Virus record (IMG/VR): IMGVR_UViG_3300013120_000738
Span: 124,001 to 188,000 of that record
Length of the DNA stretch: 64,000 nt
Direction: 5' to 3' (one strand)
Of this stretch, positions 58,951 through 64,000 are shown piece by piece. Position numbers and translations under genes: made by a program. A model generated the notes under the pieces. The model searched no databases and was not told the DNA's origin. It worked only from the letters and a program-made list of their open reading frames with translations. Position 1 is the stretch's first letter, and each line of letters starts with the position of its first letter.

Positions 58951-59355
58951 CTAGCTCCAGACAAAATGATGTCCCCCCAATTCCTCGATACGGTCATGGA
59001 TGGCCTTCACCCATTCGTAATCATTGGCCGTCCCAACATACGGAACGGCATCCCGAAAGATGATCAGACGACGCAACTCCTCATCGAAAGCAGGTACCAC
59101 AAACGAAGCTCCCCAGTTATAGACGAGCTCCCCGTCCCACTCCCAAATGACGCAGCCCCGATCATCCTCCTTGTACAAGTTGATCTTGCCGAGCCAACAT
59201 GTACCGTGATGTTCCTTCATCGCGGCAATGAGTTCCCGGTTAGTGTCATTGAGGACATCATCGGCCTCCGCTGGACAAAATCCACCACCCTGGCGGACAG
59301 AGTTCATGAAGGCCCGAAGATGCCTCTTCTTTGCCGCTGCCAACGTCGTTGTCAT
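58951..59355 (-). CDS. Hypothetical protein
   Basis: 134 aa ORF. Confidence 0.65.
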   Translation of the reverse strand: MTTTLAAAKKRHLRAFMNSVRQGGGFCPAEADDVLNDTNRELIAAMKEHHGTCWLGKINLYKEDDRGCVIWEWDGELVYNWGASFVVPAFDEELRRLIIFRDAVPYVGTANDYEWVKAIHDRIEELGGHHFVWS

Positions 59356-59516
59356 GTCAGTCGTCCCCTAAACCATAATCGTCGATATCTGAAGTGAAAG
59401 ACCCAGTATGGCTCCTATGCGGACAATCCAAACAATCGTTAATCACAATAACCTTCGCTCGTGGCGACAATACCATAATGTCCTCCCCGAACCCTGTGAC
59501 AGACAATCCCCAGGAG

Positions 59517-59789
59517 TTAAGTCCTCGGAACTACCCCATACGCTCTCTTGCGATACAAATCCTTATACCGAAGCGTCGCAAAAGTCTGAGCGATCCCGTC
59601 CCGCAACCGACGCTTCATCCGATTCGCCTGGCCCACAGTCAAAATCGCCTCAGAAAAATCACCACTACAAATATTGCGATCCTTCGTAAGTTCATCAATA
59701 CCCTCATTGACCAGATCCATCACATCATCAAAAAGATGCTCCCGGATCTCCTCTACCTGTTGCATCGTCACTGGCTTTATTCTTGGCAC
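59517..59789 (-). CDS. Hypothetical protein
   Basis: GAGGAGG then GTG. Confidence 0.65.
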   Translation of the reverse strand: MPRIKPVTMQQVEEIREHLFDDVMDLVNEGIDELTKDRNICSGDFSEAILTVGQANRMKRRLRDGIAQTFATLRYKDLYRKRAYGVVPRT

Positions 59790-60043
59790 AATATCCTCCT
59801 CAATCTATCAGGATTTCCAGAAGTCGTAAAAACAAATGACGACCTAGTCGCCCTAGATCCAGTCGGTGTCACCCGCAAAACCGTATACTCCTCTTCATTG
59901 TACACCAACGTACCATGATCAGGAGCATAAACAATAAGGTCAGAATCAGGATTCTCCACCCGATCAGACACAGCCCAAAGCAAAGTACCATCAGTACCAC
60001 TTATAGGTTGCTCAATCAAGTGATAGAAATGAAGATCAGTCAC
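59777..60043 (-). CDS. Hypothetical protein
   Basis: GGAG then GTG. Confidence 0.6.
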   Translation of the reverse strand: MTDLHFYHLIEQPISGTDGTLLWAVSDRVENPDSDLIVYAPDHGTLVYNEEEYTVLRVTPTGSRATRSSFVFTTSGNPDRLRRILCQE

Positions 60044-60712
60044 TTAAGACTCCAAGTATTCAGCAGCAGCTCTAAGCCGTTCTGGATTATCACCAAAAAG
60101 GCCTATACCACTATTACAATTCGAGCACAATAAACCACGATATTTGCCAGTTTTATGACAATGATCAATATGAAATGATGGACCAGTCGGTGATTTACAA
60201 ATCTCACAAGTAGTACCCACCATTTCAGCTATTTCGAGGGCTTTTTCATTCGGCACACCCATTTTCTTACAACGACGAAGGATATGCTGTCGCTTATGAG
60301 CGGCACCAGTACAGTGCTTACAAGTAGATCTTCTACCATCATAACTATACTTGCTCTTCCAAAAATCCGTTAATGGTAGCTGACATTTACATTTGGTACA
60401 AACACGCTTACCATCTGAAAGAGTAATCGCATGCCGGTGGCACTTTATACAAATAGAAGCTTTAGATGATTTCCGACCACCACATTGCGGACAAACATCC
60501 CTACCAGTACGAAGTTTTATATCAGTGCATTTTCTACATTGCTTCGCACGTTTGCTCTTACGAGCACCACAAGAGCATAAATCATACCGATTAGCTTGTG
60601 TTTGTGCTTTAGTTAATTGTTGTTCAACCTTCCTACAACCACCACACTGTTTGGCACGTCTATCCTTTTGCTTACCACACTTTGGGCATTTGTCTTTCAT
60701 TTGAAGCACCAA
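60044..60712 (-). CDS. Endonuclease VII-family homing endonuclease with Cys repeats
   Basis: CEIC..FHIDHCHKTGKYRGLLCSNCNSGIG..GDNPERL.AA.EYL; multiple CxxC units. Confidence 0.88.
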   Translation of the reverse strand: MVLQMKDKCPKCGKQKDRRAKQCGGCRKVEQQLTKAQTQANRYDLCSCGARKSKRAKQCRKCTDIKLRTGRDVCPQCGGRKSSKASICIKCHRHAITLSDGKRVCTKCKCQLPLTDFWKSKYSYDGRRSTCKHCTGAAHKRQHILRRCKKMGVPNEKALEIAEMVGTTCEICKSPTGPSFHIDHCHKTGKYRGLLCSNCNSGIGLFGDNPERLRAAAEYLES

Positions 60713-62268
60713 TTAAATCGAGAAACATTTGCTAGTACACAACCCATGACTTCTGTATATTTACCAGCAAATCTCTCATCATGCCAAGACATCCCCAACC
60801 CATGAACAAACTCATGTGCAGCAACAGCAATAAGTTGTTTCTTCCCCTCCGACTTAAAATTCCACCGCTTCTTGAAGGACTTCGAGTAGCTGGCGTTCTG
60901 CTCAACCACCTTGCACGGGTTCAAGTAATAGACTCTCCCATAATCGCCCCGCTCATGCTGAGCAGCATCATCTTCGCTGAAAAGGAATCCTATGGAGAAT
61001 TCATCCTCGACATCGAACAACCGATGCATCTCCAGCATTATCCGACCCCAAAACCGGGCCAACTTAGTACTGTGGCTGGAGAACTCACCACTGCCCGGAT
61101 CATAGTAAGCCGGAACCTTCAAATCCGTCTCATTCTTAAGGACGAACTGATGCCCCAGGGTAGCAACCTGCCGACGCGGTACCGGCCGCACCTCATCCGA
61201 ATAAGCAGCCGCTCTGACCGGTCGGTCAGTCTCCGCCACCAAGTGGTATAGAGGATCCTGCGGTTCGTCCCCATCGACCACATCAATTCCATCCTGTGGC
61301 GACTCGACGATAGTAGGGGCAATTTGATCCTTCTCGACCCCATTAGGATACCCAGGATGCTCCCGTACTGGCTCCGGCGGAGCAACCGGCTCTGCCACCA
61401 GGTCCACTACATCCAAAGTCCGCTGATGGCAAAGCTTCGTCCCATGGTACTCCTTATACCGAGGACCACGCCGACGATCCTTCAAAGCCGAGGACTTATC
61501 AACCGCCAGCTCCGTCACAAAATCCGAGAGCTCATTGCGGTACGGATTTACCAGCCCGTCGCGGTTCGCCGTTAGTACGTCATTACTCGCACCTTTCAGC
61601 TCAACGATAACCGTCCTATCGAACCCAGTCGACTGGACGAACATCGGAATCCCCCCAATCCTGACACACAGACGGTATTTTTTCGACCGGTTGGTCCAAA
61701 CCTTACCGAAACCCAGGTCTCTTCGAGGACTACCTTTTCGGTAGGAAGTATCCAGGGTATTCCCGTCTACTTCGAGGGTACCGCTCCATTGAGCCCAGAA
61801 GGCGAACTTGCCGAAATTCTGGCGTAATTCCTCCTGCTGATCACCCTTCATGATCACGTCCGAACGCGTACCATGAAAATAGGTCTCTTCTCGCAGATCG
61901 TAATCGCCGCCACAGCCATCCGCAACCCACGACCCAGAATGGATCTTCCAAGACTTGTGGGTAAAATAGAGAAGCTCTTTAGCTTTACCGAACCCCCCGA
62001 CAGTGTGGTCAAAGTCCTTACCGGACTCACCCAGGGCTAAGAGTTTGTCGCAAAGCTCCTCGCGGCTCATGGGGGCACCGTTATTCTCGACGGTAACCCA
62101 AGTATCTCCCTCAGGAGTCAGGCCGATCTTGACCTGAATGTACATGCAACCGGGAGCATCCGTACAATTCTGGAGAATCTCCCGAACCCAAGCCCAGGTC
62201 GGATCCTCATAGTCGTTGGGGACCTTAGCAAAGAAAGAAGGCCCGATACGTACCTGATGCTGTGCCAT
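60697..62268 (-). CDS. GHKL (Hsp90/MORC/rIIA-like) ATPase with C-terminal HExxH motif
   Basis: REILQNCTDA, VENNGAPM, LGESGK, GGFGKAK; AHEFVHGLG..WHDERF. Confidence 0.75.
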   Translation of the reverse strand: MAQHQVRIGPSFFAKVPNDYEDPTWAWVREILQNCTDAPGCMYIQVKIGLTPEGDTWVTVENNGAPMSREELCDKLLALGESGKDFDHTVGGFGKAKELLYFTHKSWKIHSGSWVADGCGGDYDLREETYFHGTRSDVIMKGDQQEELRQNFGKFAFWAQWSGTLEVDGNTLDTSYRKGSPRRDLGFGKVWTNRSKKYRLCVRIGGIPMFVQSTGFDRTVIVELKGASNDVLTANRDGLVNPYRNELSDFVTELAVDKSSALKDRRRGPRYKEYHGTKLCHQRTLDVVDLVAEPVAPPEPVREHPGYPNGVEKDQIAPTIVESPQDGIDVVDGDEPQDPLYHLVAETDRPVRAAAYSDEVRPVPRRQVATLGHQFVLKNETDLKVPAYYDPGSGEFSSHSTKLARFWGRIMLEMHRLFDVEDEFSIGFLFSEDDAAQHERGDYGRVYYLNPCKVVEQNASYSKSFKKRWNFKSEGKKQLIAVAAHEFVHGLGMSWHDERFAGKYTEVMGCVLANVSRFNWCFK

Positions 62269-62340
62269 CGTCGATATCTCCTGTGCTGAAGAATATACTT
62301 CCGATGACCCCATGTGACGAACCCACCGCCAGAGGGTAAA

Positions 62341-62616
62341 TTAGGGGGATTCCTCCGACAAAGCCGCCACAAGCTCCTCAGCAAACCGAAACCCGCGTTC
62401 ACGAGCTAGGACATCCGCCGTCTGGCAGTCGATTACCTCATCGTTCCAGTACAACAGCCCATCCCTCGCGGTGATCTCGACGTCCTCATCCAGAACTTCG
62501 AGGAGGGCTCGAACGTAGCCGGAATGATAGTTCCATTGCTTGCTATCATCCGGCCAACGCTCTATAGCCGCTCTCCCGATCTGCAGACGACGCTTAACCT
62601 CGTCCACAGACATCAT
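62341..62616 (-). CDS. Hypothetical protein
   Basis: ATGA overlap. Confidence 0.65.
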   Translation of the reverse strand: MMSVDEVKRRLQIGRAAIERWPDDSKQWNYHSGYVRALLEVLDEDVEITARDGLLYWNDEVIDCQTADVLARERGFRFAEELVAALSEESP

Positions 62617-62810
62617 TGCTGGTCACCCCGCTGCTGGTAGTCCATACGAACGCGGTGCAAACGACGACCGAGTGCCACGAGTTCTTCCTCGGTCTCGCCA
62701 TCAAGCTCATGAATGAGCGAAGAAAGCAGACGAGCCATCGGAAGATTAAACGAGCACTGAACAACCCCCTGAAACACCGGGGGCACATTAAAAACCGGCT
62801 TCTGAGCCAT
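62613..62810 (-). CDS. Hypothetical protein
   Basis: [10 protein letters not shown]; promoter at ~62857. Confidence 0.65.
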   Translation of the reverse strand: MAQKPVFNVPPVFQGVVQCSFNLPMARLLSSLIHELDGETEEELVALGRRLHRVRMDYQQRGDQQ

Positions 62811-62841
62811 AGCGACCTCCTCAAGTGGATAGAAATACGAG

Positions 62842-63378
62842 TTACTCTACCGACTCTGTGGCAGAAGCAATACTCTGAAGTAAATCCACAATAGGACTCA
62901 GCATCTGCCCCAAATCATCCTTCTCATTGTCAATAAGACCCCGCAGAGCGTCCGCATACTCCCCAGCATTCTTCGAGACGCGATACCACCGACCCACAAC
63001 AGTCCTAAGGGCTAACAAGATCGAACCCTCCCCATGATAGGACTCAATAATCTCGAAGACATTAGCCCCGCATTCGGCATCGATCCGCCATCCAATTGTT
63101 TGACGCTGATGCTCGGCGAGCAACCTCCCAGCCATGTCCGATATCTCCAGGGCTTCCTTAAAATGAATCTCCCCAGGACTAAATCTCGGCTCCCTAACCC
63201 ATTTGAAGGTGGGTACGCAGGACGCAGAATCCAACCGGTTATCCCAACCTTCATCCAAAATTTTCGAGATGGCCTCTTTCTTGTCGGTAGCCCGTACCGT
63301 AATCCGGCCGATGGTACCTTCCTGATCTTGATCGTCCATCCAACCAAGATTACAAACCCACAGATCCTCGCGTGACAT
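62842..63378 (-). CDS. Hypothetical protein
   Basis: GAGAGG RBS inside a palindrome. Confidence 0.7.
   Translation of the reverse strand: MSREDLWVCNLGWMDDQDQEGTIGRITVRATDKKEAISKILDEGWDNRLDSASCVPTFKWVREPRFSPGEIHFKEALEISDMAGRLLAEHQRQTIGWRIDAECGANVFEIIESYHGEGSILLALRTVVGRWYRVSKNAGEYADALRGLIDNEKDDLGQMLSPIVDLLQSIASATESVE
63062..63108. repeat. 47-bp exact direct repeat, copy 2
   Basis: Identical to 40165-40211. Confidence 0.9.
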
Positions 63379-63398
63379 CGTGATTTCCTCTCTGGAAA

Positions 63399-63917
63399 TT
63401 AGAGGGATTTTAAGTAAGCCTGGACCTCAGGGTGCCAGTCCTCTTGAAGATCATAGAAGGGTGTGTCCGCCGCCTCAGCAGCCTGACAACCAGGATGAGT
63501 GTCATAATCAAAATCGTCGCCTTGGGGCTCCTCCCAATAATCAGAAAACCCACCCTTCGTCGACCGCATGTCCACATGCTCAAGGACACTCCGGACAAGA
63601 TCACAGACTTTCTTCGAGGCCTCGCCCATCTCAGGGAGAATATCCAAGAGCTCTGAACCGCTGTCCGAAGCGTAACCATTATCGACCCACTGGGCAAACC
63701 CACCATTTTCAACCTGATAGTTCAGATTCCCCAGCATTACCGCCCGTCTCTCAGCTACACTGAGCTCCCGAAGGAATTGGGCGTATGTCCAAGATCTTGC
63801 GACGACGTCACCAGCAGCTTTACTGGTCGCTTCGCACTTCCTCCCTTGTTCTTGCCACTTATCGTAAGCAGCGTTCATGAGTTGTTGCCAGAGGCTATTG
63901 TCATCTACCGTTGCCAT
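63399..63917 (-). CDS. DMP19/DUF4375-like acidic protein
   Basis: NLNYQVENGGFAQWVDNG; acidic; GGAGG RBS. Confidence 0.7.
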   Translation of the reverse strand: MATVDDNSLWQQLMNAAYDKWQEQGRKCEATSKAAGDVVARSWTYAQFLRELSVAERRAVMLGNLNYQVENGGFAQWVDNGYASDSGSELLDILPEMGEASKKVCDLVRSVLEHVDMRSTKGGFSDYWEEPQGDDFDYDTHPGCQAAEAADTPFYDLQEDWHPEVQAYLKSL

Positions 63918-64000
63918 GCTCAACCTCCGATGATTTCCTAGCAGGAAATCCTAGTTGGCCAGATGATCCTCGTCCTGGCTCAAGTGGTTACGAAATGAAT

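Larger units (their letters stand above)
39340..62880. promoter_or_regulatory. Family of over 30 bipartite promoter-like motifs WTTMMC-N14/15-NGT(C/A)ACA
   Basis: Core on + at ~39358, 39448, 39796, 40063, 41214, 41501, 42172, 42629, 42972, 43394; on - at ~40791, 41094, 44948, 45209, 45599, 47583, 49337, 49911, 50127, 51107, 51541, 53193, 54077, 55287, 56980, 58781, 59494, 62313, 62857; nearly always oriented toward a downstream RBS and ORF. Confidence 0.8.
40083..63948. repeat. Dispersed palindrome TTTCC-N5-GGAAA (~14 copies)
   Basis: At ~40083, 40263, 40491, 42212, 42657, 43011, 43437, 43867, 46026, 46092, 51996, 63384, 63934; variants at 40043 and 49320. Confidence 0.8.

Noticed and set aside
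39340-62880. CRISPR array or mini-array from the recurring motifs
   Set aside because: Copies are degenerate, irregularly spaced and tied to gene starts; there is no repeat-spacer periodicity and no cas gene.
40165-63108. Diversity-generating retroelement TR/VR pair
   Set aside because: The repeat is short and exact, with no adenine-specific mismatches, and no reverse transcriptase is in the window.
1-64000. Stop-codon reassignment
   Set aside because: Recognisable enzymes (Fcl, SqdB, RnhA, Dut, Dam, helicase) are full length in the standard code, and the breaks seen are deletions, not read-through stops.

Overview
This window is 64 kb of a large (jumbo-type) bacteriophage genome. The most likely host is a Planctomycetota member, inferred from a Pirellula-like CsrA, an aldo/keto reductase and a sulfatase. 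No rRNA, CRISPR array or integrase is visible. It has three zones. (1) 1-32.8 kb is AT-rich by eye. It holds a large glycan-synthesis island (GDP-fucose synthase, UDP-sulfoquinovose synthase, about 14 glycosyltransferase-like genes, 3 sulfotransferase-like genes, 3 methyltransferases, a sulfatase, a broken glf), plus csrA, rnhA, dut, dam and a radical SAM gene. It also shows several deletion scars and an inverted relic copy of part of the region. (2) 32.8-39.1 kb contains a conserved coiled-coil-type gene, followed directly by a ~480-nt structured RNA with two circularly permuted tRNA-like modules, then tRNA-Pro and an atypical tRNA-Met. Next to it is an array of small paralogues sharing a DP motif. 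(3) 39.1-64 kb is GC-rich and looks like an early/host-takeover region. It has dozens of small genes, over 30 copies of a bipartite promoter-like motif (WTTMMC-N14/15-NGTCACA), about 14 TTTCC-N5-GGAAA palindromes, a triplicated 61-66 aa protein, NADAR, DUF932-like, DMP19-like, TraR/DksA, an SF2 helicase, a GHKL ATPase and homing endonucleases. The best candidate for an undescribed system is the protein plus permuted-tRNA-like RNA locus at 33.07-34.31 kb. All calls come from motif recognition by eye; no database searches were run. Motif coordinates marked ~ are approximate.
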